Shown: positions 13,455 to 26,209 of the stretch, piece by piece
Layout of the letters: each line of letters opens with the position of its first letter
Position numbering within the stretch: the first letter of the stretch is position 1
From: Camelus dromedarius
Taxonomy: Eukaryota
Direction: 5' to 3'
Length of the DNA: 64,000 nt
Assembly (NCBI RefSeq): GCF_036321535.1
Contig: NC_087437.1
Span: 54,314,001 to 54,378,000 of the forward strand
Made by a program: the position numbers and the translations under genes
Notes under the pieces: generated by a model
Databases searched by the model: none
Seen by the model: the letters and a program-made list of their open reading frames with translations, nothing else
Told to the model about the DNA's origin: nothing

Positions 13455-13603
13455 TTAAAGGAGGGAGGCAAAGGTATGAAAAAATTGATCCAGATACTGA
13501 AAAAGTCTATTTGCTAGAAGCATCCTAGGGACCCTGGCAGGGTCCATTTGAGGGTCGTGGTCATAAATTTAAAGCAGGCTGGTCGGAATGATCTGCAATG
13601 TTC

Positions 13604-13675
13604 TTTTTTTTTTTTTTTTAATGGAAGTATAGTCAGTTTACAATGCTGTGTCAGTTTCTGGTGTACAGCATAGCA
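13604..13675 (-). mobile_element. Tiny lineage-specific L1 3' end
   Basis: polyT followed by aatggaagtatagtcagtttacaatgctgtgtcagtttctggtgtacagca, the reverse of the L1 tail seen elsewhere in the window. Confidence 0.85.
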
Positions 13676-15180
13676 TTCTGCTGCTAAGTTGCAAGCAAAA
13701 AAGGAGAGAGAAGATAATTACATTTCACCAGGACTGGGGTTCTGCCCAATGAAGGGGAAAGCAGCAAGGGAATTTAGAGAGTTTGGAAAGTGGTTATGAT
13801 ACAGAGCAGAGGGAGTTATGGTTGAAATAGGGGTTACGGCTAGTCAGTAACACATCACTGGACTCCACATATATCCGGACCATCTGCCTGGACCTACCAG
13901 GATGACGAGAGATTTCCTTCCCCCAGAAATGGAGCTAATTACTGATTTCCCTTGGTTTTTGCCACATCTAGGATTCCCTCCTTCAGGGTTATTGCAACCA
14001 ATTAGAAACTGAGGGTTGGGCACCAAACGGGGTGGAAGAGTCCAACCTGAGCACAGAGAGGGATGGTTTTCCTGGTAACACACACCCAGCAGCCAGTCTT
14101 ACCACATCGCTTAGATGAAGGGCTCAGCATGGGGCAGGAAAACACCTCAGACGTGCAGAGAAAAGACTGGGGTTTCTGTGTGTGTCTGTTGCACTCACCA
14201 GGTGAGAAAGTTCCCTCACACCCTGAGCCTCTGTTTGCCGTCGTCATAGCCCTGGCCCCACCTAAATTACAGCTCGTTACACACACCTGATGCGATGGTG
14301 AGGGTAAACCGTCTCAAGTGCAAGGAAGTACGGACATGTGAAAAATGACATTATTATAATGCCTCTGTAAGTTGGTCTGCAAACATAGGTCACCGTGGCT
14401 TATAAGCAACTTGCCTTAAAATTGGAAACTGATGCAATGCTTAAAATAAAGGGCAAGTGCATTTCAAAACAGAGGCAATGAGAAGCAACTGTCTCTCTTT
14501 TTTGTGCAATATCCTATGAACTCGTGGCTCTCACAGCCCAGGATATTGCTGCACTTGGCAGCCCTGTGTGTTATGAATAGCACAAGACTAACCCCTGAGT
14601 CACTCTGTAATCCTGAGTTGGTGACTTTACCTTTCGATATCTCAGTCATCTTCTCTGTAAAGTGGGAAGAATTGTACCAGCTCCTACTCAACTTGAAGAA
14701 TTCCAGGAGGATTTGATTTTTTTTTTAAAGAAAAGTAAATAACTGGAGAGGACTCTGGGTTCTTTGAGGAGAGGCTGGTATAAATGTGAAGTGTCACTAT
14801 TATGAAGTGTGAGGCAATCCTTCCCACCCCCACCAGGTCCCAGGGCTACAGTGTGAGCTGTGTGACATGCTATTTTTAAATTCTCATCTCTGGAAGCATA
14901 TGGTCCTGCCCAGTGCCAAAAAGAGGACTGACCTGCTTCTGTTTGCTTGTTTGTTTTGATCTGATGGAACATTTTCTACGTTCTGTTAAAGATTATCCCT
15001 CCTATCCTAAATTTTAAAATAAGTGCCGAAGTTTTTTTGTTTTTCTTTCTACAACACGGCCTAAAAGAGACCATGGGCATATAACTTGCTTAGGCACTGA
15101 TAAAAGGCCTTCCTAGGGCAATGGTGTGTTTATGTAGGTCTCCTGTCTTCTGTGTCAGTGAAGACATTTCAGGGTTTACC

Positions 15181-15211
15181 TGATGATGATGATGATGGTG
15201 ATGGTGATGAT
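15181..15211 (+). repeat. (TGA/TGG)n trinucleotide repeat
   Basis: tgatgatgatgatgatggtgatggtgatga. Confidence 0.9.
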
Positions 15212-17549
15212 TTCTTTTTTTTCTATATTTTATTAATAACAACTGCTACTGACTGAAGCCCTTTCCTGCTCCAAATATACAGGGCATCTATTAAAAGCTT
15301 CATTTTTGTGGCCTCTTCTAATTGACCTGACTTCACTGTCTGCTTGGCTGTTTGGCAAGACTGTCCTGAATCAAGTCAAACTTCCCACTTGTTGGATTTG
15401 ATTTCTGACACGGAATCCCTGGAAAGATATCCAGCCCATCAGCTGAAAAAGGAAAGAGATGAAAACACCTATTTCACGGTTTCGTGGGACCTGACTTTTG
15501 TGCAAGGGCAAAAAAATTCCCCTGGTGGATATAAAGAAAGAAAGATAAGAAGAATCTCACAAGTCTGCCTTTCTTTTTTATTTATTCATCTTTTCTGTAA
15601 AGTCTTATGTCTTTGGGTCAAGTGATAAACAAAAATAGAAGTGACAAGATTTTGAGGTATTTTACTTATTTAATGTAGGTGATGAGGAAAACTTAGAAGA
15701 CAGGGCCTGAGTCTTCAATTACATGATTGACTCAAGAAGATGTGAAAGGAATGTAAACAGTTCTGTGTGACCCTGGGAGCCCATAAGAGAGCCAATCAGG
15801 AAAATTCACATACAGCCCTTCACGCTCACAGCAGGCTTTCCCGTTGCAAGAGCCCTTCCGTGTGTCATTCACATGATGCCTGAAGCAGCTGGTGAGGTCC
15901 ACAAGGTAGATGAGGAATCATATCCTACAGGTGAGGAAACTGAGTTTCAGAAAGCTTGTTCCACCTGCACATCTGACAGGCTGTCTAGTCCGGTGCTCCC
16001 CCAACAATAACTATTAAACGAGTGCAAAAATGAACAGATCTTGCCGTTCAAAAATTTGAGGGTAGCCAAAGGGAAGAGACCATGCATTTGGGCAACTGTC
16101 CTGCTCTGTTGATGTAGGTTGACCTCCAAAACAAGCCAAAGAATCCACTTTGCATGGTTAGACTCAGTTTGAGAGACGAGGGGCCCCTCCCTCTCTGACT
16201 TTGTTCTGGTAATGAGAAGAGATTCCAGCAAGAAGCACAAGGGCTTTGGTATGTGTTTGTGTGGGAACCTAGATTGAAATCAGCAGCCTCAGACATCGCT
16301 CTGGGCAACCTCTGAGCCTGCCTACTTTGAGGCTTCCAGGACTCTTAGGCACCAGGTGGTCCTCAGTGACCTTCACTTCTTTAACTACTAAATTCACACA
16401 CTCACATTTAAATACATTTTTAAAATCCTTTGGAAATGTGTTCCTGTTCCTCCAGAAATTACCTCTGAATTTTCTCGTGAAAAGTCTGCCAGCTTTGTTC
16501 GGCCAAGTTCCTTTCCCCCTTCTTTTCTTTGACAGTGAAAGCAGCTTTGGCGCCAACACTCAGATCTAGCAGGTGTTTGATGCCACATGTTCTGTGTTAA
16601 GTGTTTATTACATAAGTTCATTCAAGCTAGCCACTGTCGCTTTTGAGGCAGCATTGCTGCTGATCATAAAACTGTCCTTTACAACCAGAAGCCCAAGATA
16701 TTCAAGCAGGATCTATTTTTTTCTTCTTTCTTCTTTTAGGTTCTCCGTGTTCTCTCCACGTCTGATGTAATGGAGAAGGGAGGCAGGAGAAGTCAGGTGA
16801 CAGGTCCTTGAATCCCGATTCTGCCCCAAGCTGGCCATGCGAGCCTGGTGAAGTTACTTTTCAGCTCGTGGCTCTTTTGTACAGTGAGAGGGGAGAGTGG
16901 TGGCTGCCGAGGTCCCCAGAAGTTCTGATGTGTCCCGACAAGGGGGCCAACTGGTGGGACAAGGCAATTTCAGTCAAGGCAAAACACATGCTTGCCTTTC
17001 CTCACTGAGAATGTGCTTTACATAACTGAATTTGCTTCCTTTTTTACTGGCTTGTTCTCATCAGGAGTGAGGAGGGGTGGTGCTGCCCACACTAGCTTGG
17101 AGAGCGTGAATTTGCAGGTGTATATATGGGGAGGGGCTCTGCTGGTAAGTAAAGGAGGTGCAGACACCACAAATTACTTCAAATTCATCAAACTTATTTC
17201 TGTGATGATGTTATATCAGAATTAAACGACTTTCAGGGTATTTAGAGTATAAACACCTACAGAAGAACTATTAAGAGATTTTCAGGTCTGTAATTGTTCC
17301 TGAAAAGGCATTCAGAAATTCTAATTCTGCAAATTAGGTTATTTTAGGGCAAAAAAAAGTGAGAAAAAAATTTTCATATCAAGAAGGAAAAAAATCACCT
17401 TGATATTCTTTTCCCCGAAACCTTTTAACCAGCCCATGTAGAACCATACAGTAGGTCTTTGCATACATTAGAGTTTGTATCAAAAAAAGTTCACACACAT
17501 TATATCAACTTGATGTTTGAAACAGCCTTCTGAAAGAAAGCATTTGTCA

Positions 17550-17680
17550 ATGTACCCATTTCTCAGGTGAGGAAACTGAGGCTCTAACAGGTCTAGCAAC
17601 TTGTTAGTGTATGCAAATCATTCAGGGCAAAGTTGAGAGTTAACCCAGATCTTTGGTCTCCAGGTCTGGAAATCTCTGTG
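17550..17680 (-). mobile_element. MIR SINE
   Basis: cccatttctcaggtgaggaaactgaggctc. Confidence 0.7.
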
Positions 17681-19021
17681 CCTGTGCTAGGCATTCTTCC
17701 ACACTGTCCCAAAGAGAGCCCTTACTGGCCTTGAGCAGACAGGTGAATAATTATCTACAAGACTGCATCAGGATCAGGGGTTATCTCTTTGTTCTCTGAA
17801 GGACTGATGTATGATCACGGACTATCAGAGCAGCAAGTCCCACCCCGTCTCCCAATAGCAGTCAAGATTTTTTCTTCAGCTGAGTACCTCTCTAGTACTC
17901 TGACCCTCTGGGACAAGTTGATGGCAAAATCAGCACTGAAATCCTTTACTTCCCATCTTATATTCTTCAAGAGTCTTAGTATGAAAAACCAAGTGATTCA
18001 GCAGATCAAGCACTGAATAGACAATCACGAATTATTTTTTCAAGCCACTGAATGTCCTGCTGGCCAGGGTTGGACAGAGTTAATGTTTATCTCAGTTTCC
18101 TCCATAACTTCCATTAACCAGCCTCACTGATATAACAGACAGGGGCCACAGCAGAAAAAAATGTGACTGCCCATGAGTCATTAATTCTTGACCTTCAGCA
18201 TGTTTTGAAAATGTGTTGTGAAATGCTTACCAATCAATAATTCCATCACTGGGCGGTAGAGAAGCCGGGAGTTGTGCAAGAGGGGAAGCAGAGCATTAAT
18301 GCCGGTCACTCGAGGCTCCAAATTCCTGCTGAGAGCAGGACCTAAAAACACACGGTCTGCACCAATGTTTTTAAAGGAATCAGAGAGAGGACCAAGAATA
18401 AGGGGAATGAAAGTAGATGCCCTTTCCTTGCACTGGATCAGTAAAGTAGGGCTAGCCATTGTTTGCAGATACTCCCAAGCTAGCTTGTCTGTCCTTTAAG
18501 GGCTAAGAAAAATAGTCCACCCCAGACTGCATCTAGGCAGCCCTCCTCTGTGCCTCAGACAGGGCTGAGCTGCAGCTATTGCAATTGTCCTCAGTGAAGG
18601 AGGGCGCCTGGTACCAGGGAAAGAGCACAGAACAAGGAAGCAGAAGACCCCATTCAAGCCCCTGTCTGCCATTGCTAGGTCTATGACTCTGGGAGCAGTC
18701 ACAGCCCTTGTCTAATCTTCAGGTCCTTCCTCTCTACCAAGAGGAGAAGATATCTGCCCCACAGACCACACAAAGCTCAGAAGTGATGAGGGATGGAAAA
18801 ACATTACAAACTCTACCAACACAAGAGACTATTAGTAGAAATCTATCTGTCATGATTTTGCAAGCTCAGTTGGAAAGTCTCCTGTTTAAGGAATGGCATC
18901 ATCCCATGAATGGGGTATGACTTGTGGTTAGAAGCAAAATCAGCAAGGAAGACAGTCCCACGCAGATGACAGAGGAGAACATTCAAATTCCCAGTTTGTG
19001 CCAGTCATTGGTCTTTCTAAG

Positions 19022-19222
19022 CAGGGGTGTACTGCTAAATGTTTAACCACGGGTTCTCTAGGATGACAAGCCCTGAACTGTAGCATTTGCTGATTTCCAT
19101 AGGGTGAATTCTTGCACCATGCCATTTCAGGCTACCGATGTGACATCGCTAAACCATGAAGTGAGGAAAAGATGCCCACAGTCGGCTCTCACTAGAGACT
19201 GAAGCCGGCTTCAGCATGCTCC
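19022..19222 (+). mobile_element. MER63A-like hAT-Blackjack MITE
   Basis: caggggtgtactgctaaatgtttaaccac ... tagcatttgctgatttccat ... agccggcttcagcatgctcc. Confidence 0.85.
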
Positions 19223-19519
19223 AGAAAACCTGCTCAAGGCTTAGGTTGGGATAATGAACTTTGGATGCTTTCTTATTACATGGGGCTCAAGTGTCAACAT
19301 CCAGCCACAATGCTCCTCCGGCAATCCAGAAATGGGAACCTTATTTTTATTTCAACTTCTACTTAGCATTTTTATAGCAAATCATAATTGCAAATTTCTT
19401 TACGGACATTGTTGAGCCCTAAAATAAAGTTCTATCAGCCTTAGTCACATTCCTCCTTCTCAACTTTCAAACCTAGTGAGAGATCAGCTAGCAAGGTGGA
19501 ATGGGACCCAGCACGAAAA

Positions 19520-19725
19520 TGGAGTCAGGAAACTTGGGACCCTGTGTTAACATCCCCTGTGTGACCTGACCAGTCACCTGCCTTCCCTGAGACTCAGTTT
19601 CTCATCTATAGAATGCGAACAGCCCTGGTTTGCCTGCCTCACAGGGCTACCGTGAGATCAAAGGAAATAATGCAAATGTAAGAGTTTTGAGAACAGCAAA
19701 ACCCTACGTGGCTTTGGATGATTAT
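19520..19725 (+). mobile_element. MIR SINE
   Basis: tgtgtgacctgaccagtcacctgccttccctgagactcagtttctcatctatagaatg. Confidence 0.75.
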
Positions 19726-20624
19726 TATTTACTTCCAAAAACGGATTACTGGACATTATTTTCTCAACCGATGCTGCGCTGGCCAACTGTGCACAGGAGC
19801 TCGCATTCTCTCCCCGGAGTATGAGCAGAGCTGCTCTCCTGTGGGGTCTGTGTGACAAAAAGGGACTAGCCCCCGGGGCTCGCGGAGGAGCTCAGCTCTG
19901 TTGTCCTGGCCCCAGGCCGTTGGAAATTGCTTGTGCCCACAAACCTTCACACCAAATGGTCCGTGGAGGTGGAAAACAAGATTGAGCCCAATCTCTGTCA
20001 ACCTAGAGTTGGAACAGTACCACCAAGGAGCTAGGCAATGGGACCTGCTTGATAAAGTTCCCCAGGCAACTTTGAGGCCATCTTTGATTCAGGGGATCTT
20101 TTGGGGGATGAGAAGGACGTGGGGAATCTGCCCTTGAAACAAGTGCCCAAGTTAATTCAGATGCACTTGACAAAAACTCTACAGGATGCGAAATTTGATG
20201 GAGCGAGGAAAAGGCTCTCCAATGATGCTGTGCCAGGTCGTGACAGAAAGCAGTACTTCTTGAGGGAAACCCAGGGTGGGCAGGGAGACACCGTCATAAT
20301 CCACTTCCTGGTTCGGCTTCTTTCTTCTCTTAATAGAATATTACCCATCCCCACACACACAGGACGGTCAAAGTGTACATATTTACCTGGTTGGGTGCAT
20401 AGAAAGTCAGCCACTGAGGTCTCTGCAAACAGCAAAATCATTCATCGTCTGCCACCAGCTCCAAAGTCTAGCACGGAGAGATGCTTTCAGAGAGGTTTAT
20501 CTAAAGCACTGTCTATCCACCGACTCCTCCAGATATCTCAGAGAAAAAGCTCTATGGATGCCTGTACGCAAGTGAACACATCCTGAACTTGGCCCCCCCG
20601 GGACAAACCATGTCCTATCTTCTC

Positions 20625-21525
20625 ATCACCCATTTAGCCAACAGATACTTATCAGCCTCCAGCCATGCCAGGCACTCATATAGAGTTGGAAATCTAGATT
20701 GAATGAGATTCCATTTCTGTCTTTAAGGAGTTAATACCCTTGGAGAACTCAGAAACTAAGCAAACCACATGCAGCACATGTGGTAAGTATAACTGAGATA
20801 TGCCGGGTCCTGGGGAATCCAAAGCAGGGAGAACCCAGCTATGGTGGGTGTTGAAAGGGGATCAGAAAAGCGTCTCAGAATAGGGGGCACCAGGTTTGCA
20901 AAGTAGGAGGGATTTCTAGGTGTAAGGAATCGGCTGTGCAAACGAGCAGCCCGGGTTAGAGAATCTGTGAGCGGTGTGGCAGCAGACGAGGCTGGAAGCT
21001 CAGCAGGTGAAAGGGCTCATTGGCCAAGCCCAGAGCCAAGGTTTCACGGTGAAGGCAATAGGCAGCCTGTGGAAAGTTTGCAGAAAGTTTAGGTTTGCAT
21101 TTTTTTATAGGTCTGTTTCTAGAGAGACAGTGTGGAAAACAGGTTGAAATAATAAGAAGGCAGCTTTAAAAGCCATTGCAATGGCCCAGGTGAAAGACGG
21201 TGAGGTCCTGGCTTAAAATAGTGGTGATCCTAGTAGAAAGGAAGAATTTAAGCAAAGTCCAGGAGACCGAGTCTCAGGATCGACTGGGCGTGGGCTGGAA
21301 GTTAGGCGAGGAGTCACCTAAACCTGAGATTTTTCTGGCAAGGACAGCTTGTATATGTGATGATTTACCTGAAATAATGGACACAGGAAAATGAACTAAT
21401 TTCAGAAAGAAGTTCAGTTCAGTTTGGTATATGTTCTGTTTGAGGTGACTCTGGAACATCTGGAAGAAATGTAGTCGTTAATATGAGCCTGGAGTTCAAA
21501 AAGGGGAACAAGATGGAAATATAAA
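20625..21525 (-). mobile_element. L2 LINE fragment
   Basis: catttagccaacagatacttatcagcc tail; gccattgcaatggcccaggtgaaagacggtgagg; gaagttcagttcagtttgg. Confidence 0.7.
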
Positions 21526-21639
21526 AAGAACTTTCCTGCATTATATGTAAAACTCTTGCTAAAGACGTATTCATTACCCTTGAGGGTTACTCAGTATGAA
21601 ATTTGTTTTCAAAATCAGTACCAGAAAAAAAAAATTCAA

Positions 21640-21900
21640 ACAATCAGGACACTCCTTTCAATTCGAAAAAGGAAATAATGTAAGTCATCATGTTTACTTT
21701 TTGTCTTGCCTGCCAGGAAGCTCAGAGCTCTATTTAATGCTCATTTGCAATAATATACTCATTAAGCCTCATAAGTAACATATTTGTTTTCTTGCTATTT
21801 TTATGCCTTGAATTTTTTATTTACAATTTTATATCCTCCATGCATATCCCATACTATAAGCTGCCTCTACTTCTCTTTGGAAATAAAAAGCATATATCTG
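21640..21900 (+). mobile_element. L4/RTE-X LINE remnant
   Basis: tttttgtcttgcctgccaggaagctcagagc is the reverse complement of the motif at ~50445. Confidence 0.45.
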
Positions 21901-23989
21901 TTTTCACTTGACATTATTAAGCTAAGGTTGACCTCTATCCACTTCAAATGTTTTTTAGGTTCCTGAGGAATTTTTCTTTCTAATCTCTGAGAGTAACTGT
22001 CTTTCCCCAGGTACAGGAGAGAAAACCAAAAAAGCCCGCTTCAGAAAGGGAATTAGTCCTCAGGGATCAGCTTGAGCCAAGGGGCCAGAAGGTTACAGGT
22101 CGTTATGGAAAGCTAGAGCCATTGACTCAAAAAGAGCACCCTAAAGGTATAAGAAACAAAATATGAGCAGAGGAGTTTCAACCCAGCCCCTTTCCGACTT
22201 CTCAGCCAAGTAAAACTCTTTACTCCCAAGATGAGGCAGGGCCATAACATAAATAGCATTGCTGAGGGTTTGAGTAAATTTCTCTCAGGTGATTAAGAGC
22301 CCCCTTTTAATCTTTGAGGTAAAAGGATGTCATAATAATAGCAATTGTTATAATTTTAAAACGCTCTTACATCATGATCTAACTTAATCCTCCACAGGGT
22401 TCTGACAGGCAGGTGGGGCAGGAGCCGTGGTTATTCATACTGGATGCTGTGTGTTCTCTTGCATAACGTTTCTTGGAGCCACTTTTAGGAAAAGGACACT
22501 GGTCTGGGCTTCCATCCCTCCAGTAAGACCATTGAGAGTTGAGGAAGTGTAATAACAAGTACAAATGATGCTGCTTGAGTTCATCAGTCCCTTCAGTTTC
22601 CGGAACACTGTCCCCTCCAGGTAACATGGGACCCTCCCCAGCACCCCCGGAGGTAAGCCAGGAAGGGTCTAGCATCTCCATTTCTTAGGCATGGAAACCT
22701 AGTCTCCGAGGGGAGCACCAGTGAGCTGTGCTCTCTCCAAGCTGGATCTGCAGAAGGAAAGGGAGGGCACTAAGACCCTGAGTGCCGAGATGTCCCCCCA
22801 CCTCGCCCTACAGCTCATGTCCTCTCAGGCTTTCAGAGGGAGGCCCTCCTTCAGGCTTCAACAACTCCTTTACTGGCAAAGTGGGATGCTAATGATAGAA
22901 ACCCCCAGTGGACAGTTCTAACTAATCTGACTTCCCTCCTCATTAATGAAGGCAGCCATTTGGCACCACAAAATCAGTAGTGGGTGAGGACCTCTTCTTT
23001 CCTTCTGCTAGAATTCACCACTTCTAGTGTCACCAGATAATAAGCCTCAGAGCACCCAGTCAATAAAACAGCCACCTAAATGATTTTTAAAGGAGCCAAT
23101 GAAATGGAGAACAGTGGAGAATAAATGGATCCCACTGGGCCAGACTCAGAAGCTCTTCTTTGCCACACGGCCTTCTGCAAATCCCTCCACCTGTCTGAGT
23201 CACAGCTCTGTCAGCAAAATGGGTCGACGATCAGCTCTGTCCTGCCTCACCTCATAGGCTGGTTACGAAGATCACAGTCGTGCATTATTAGCATCTCATA
23301 AATGTGTTCTTGGAGTGGGAGAGATACTCAGTCCCATTCATGCAGGGAATTTCACATCTGTAACTCAAGGGGCAGAGAGAGAGGGAGCAGAGGCAGGGCA
23401 TGGGTCCCCTGGGACAAGTGGTACCCGGCCTGGAACATGCTGCATTGGCAGGAAGAGAGATGCTGGCGTGATATGCACAGCTACACAATGACCCTTTCCT
23501 CAGACATCTAGGTCGACAAAAGTTATCAGAAAATACAGTCAGAAATTCCTTTCAAAGAATCACTTCAAGAGTTTGATTCCCCAGGGAAGATAAAATGTAT
23601 ACACTTCTGGTAATTGATTAATCCCACAAACCTCTTGAAACTTTAGTCAGAGAATTTGCAAAATGCTACATAGTGCACATTTTTAAAAAGGTGACAGACT
23701 AGAGGTGGGAAGGAAATACCAGGCCCTTTCATACATGTAAATGAGAACTTTACCCTGGTTTTTAAAGAGTTATGACAAACTCTCAGTGTTCTACTAGGAG
23801 ACCAGAATTTTCAAATCATGGACAGTAGAGCCAGAAAACCTCTCAGAGGCGATTTTTCTTATTTATCCTCCCCCACCCCACCCATTTTACTGAGAAAGAA
23901 ACTAAGACTCAGACTTGACCTGCTCACAGTCATACCCACAAGGTGGAATCAGATAAAAGCATGAGTTGTGCCCTTGCTGCACTGAGTCC

Positions 23990-24990
23990 AGCACACGTTT
24001 ACTGAGCATCTGCTAAATTCTTGATGGGGAATCTATCTTCAAGAAACATGTAAGCAGACGACTCTGGCATTAGGAGTATGTGTAATATTAACAATAGTAC
24101 AAAAGGCTATTGGGATCTTAAAAAACTAAAAATAGACTTACCCTATGATCCAGCAGTCCCACTCCTGGGCATGTATCCAGAAGGAACCCTACTTCAAAAA
24201 GACACCTGCACCCCAATGTTCATAGCAGCACTGTTTACAATAGCCAAGACATGGAAACAACCTAAATGTCCAATGACAGATGACTGGATAAAGCAGTTGC
24301 GGTATGTTTATACAATGGAATACTATTCAGTCATAAAAAAGAAGGAAACAATGCCATTTGCAGCAACATGGATGAACCTGCAGATGATCACAATAAGTGA
24401 AGTAAGTCAGACAGAGAAAGAGAAATATCACATGATATCATTTATATGTGGAATCTAAAAAAGAAAATGATAAAAATTCTATTTACAAGCCAAAAACAGA
24501 CTCACGGACATAGAAAACAAACTATGGTTACCAAAGGGGAAAGGGTAGGGGAGGGATAAATTAAGAGTTTGGGACTAACAGATACACATTACTGTGTATA
24601 AAATAGATATAAAAAAAAAAACAAGGACCTACTGTATAGCACTGGGAACTCTATTCAATTTCTTGTAATGACATATAATGGAGAAGAGTCTGAAAAGAAA
24701 AAATATATATGTATGTATATGTATCACTGAAATACTTTGCTGTACACCTGAAACTAACATTGAAAATCAACTACACTTCAATAGAAAATAAAATAAAGTA
24801 AAATGCTATGGGGATGGGGACACATAAATGCAGAGTGGTCAGTTCTACTTGCGGTTATCAGAGAAACTCCACCGAGGAGGTGGCATTTGAAGGTATTGAG
24901 CACACAGAGTGGAAAACCATGCCAGGCAAAGAGAACAGAGTGAGCTAAAGCAAGGGGGTGGGGAGAGAACACAGCATGCGCTGAGAGGCA
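23990..24990 (-). mobile_element. L2 fragment hosting the L1 at 24117
   Basis: gtttactgagcatctgcta on the left; tcagagaaactccaccgaggaggtggcatttga ... ccaggcaaagagaacag on the right. Confidence 0.6.
24117..24799 (+). mobile_element. 5'-truncated lineage-specific L1 (ORF2 C-terminus, 3'UTR, A tail)
   Basis: Translation LKKLKIDLPYDPAVPLLGMYP...[23 protein letters not shown]...YHMISFICGI* is L1 ORF2p; TSD aaaaggctattgggat 24101-24116 / aaaatgctatggggat 24800-24815. Confidence 0.97.
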
Positions 24991-26209
24991 CACATGCACA
25001 GTCCAAAGCAGCTGGAGGGTTTATAGAAGGTGCTTCGGAACAATCTCGGGGGATGTCAGCCGATCTCAGCTGCCATCCCCCACCGCATTCAGCACACTCC
25101 CTGGGGCTGGGGACTGTGTCCACCTAATGAGACGGTACAACACCTGGCCAAGTGCCGATGGCTTTGTGGGGCTTAATGAATTCCCTTTGAAGATGAGAGG
25201 ACTGTGCGGGAGAAAAGAATTTGCCACTCAAGTGAGTCAGCTGGAACGGAAGGCGTGTCCTGGCTCCTTGGGCCCAGCACTTCAGCTGGTCAGCCAGACA
25301 TGCAAGGTCACTTCCCTGGGGCCACTGGGCTCCACCTGGGAACATCAAGGCTTTTTTCAGCAAGTCATTCCTAAGCCACGGCACTCCTGGCTCACCCTCT
25401 GCCCTTGTAGTATCGCCAGCATAATTGATCCCAGAGCTCAGCTTCTGCCATGCCCATCGGTTTCCTAGGGAGTGATGGGATATCAGGCTCCCTTAGAGCA
25501 TCCGCACAGCCAGTCCTGGGGGAGAGCATGGAGGGACATGTGAGAGGCAGACATAAATAATCCTGAGCTGTGTAGTCATCCTTCTGGGTGCTCTGAGCTT
25601 CCTGTCCTGAACTAAGGTTTTCTCCTGGGGCTCGCGGAGGCACCAAGAGATAAACAAAGCCTGAAAGTGACTCTCCCCATTGGAAAGCTTGAAGCACTTC
25701 CAAGGCACGGCTTTCTCCTACCTTCTGAAGAATGTGTCCCAGCCTCACCACCATCACACCCTTGTGAAGGCTCTGCAAGCTGTGTGTGGGGAGAGGAGAG
25801 ACAACCTGGGGCTGAAACTTCTCCCAGGTGTCCTCTCACGTGTGTTGGGTCTACGAAAGGTCAAAACAGCCAGGCAAATCATGCCAGGATTCACCACAGC
25901 CGGGGGAACTGTGACCTCTGATGTTCAGCACTGAGCAGCCCAAACAACTCTTAGTGACTAAGGTTTTTTCCACTCACACCTGGTTCTTTTGCTTTCACCA
26001 TACAATTGCACTAGCAAATGTGATCCTTGAGTAAGCAAAATAGGTCCTTCACAGATTCTTTAGTAAGAACACATTCCTTGGGTCAGGAAACATTTATTAA
26101 CACAGGCTTTTCCAAATACACCTTCAAAACATTTTCACCAAAAAAAAAATCAGGTGTGTGCAGAAGCAGGCAGCCAGAGGCTTGCAAGAGAGTGAGAACT
26201 GGATGCTAA

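Larger units (their letters stand above)
11640..13830 (-). mobile_element. Long L2 LINE fragment interrupted by two young L1 3' ends
   Basis: Purine-rich L2 antisense motifs (aggacttgctggtggattaaacatgggg; ggagctcaagggagaagtcag; ggtgaccttgataagggctgttaagtggag). Confidence 0.75.

Noticed and set aside
13283..13471. FLSF/FLPS repeat ORF
   Set aside because: Translation of the (GAAA)/(GGAA) array
16715..16745. Strong plus-strand polypyrimidine/AG acceptor
   Set aside because: Followed by early stops and a MIR, with no supporting exon chain
24078..24458. 126-aa ORF as a host gene
   Set aside because: It is the ORF2 C-terminus of a truncated L1; the ATG comes from flanking DNA
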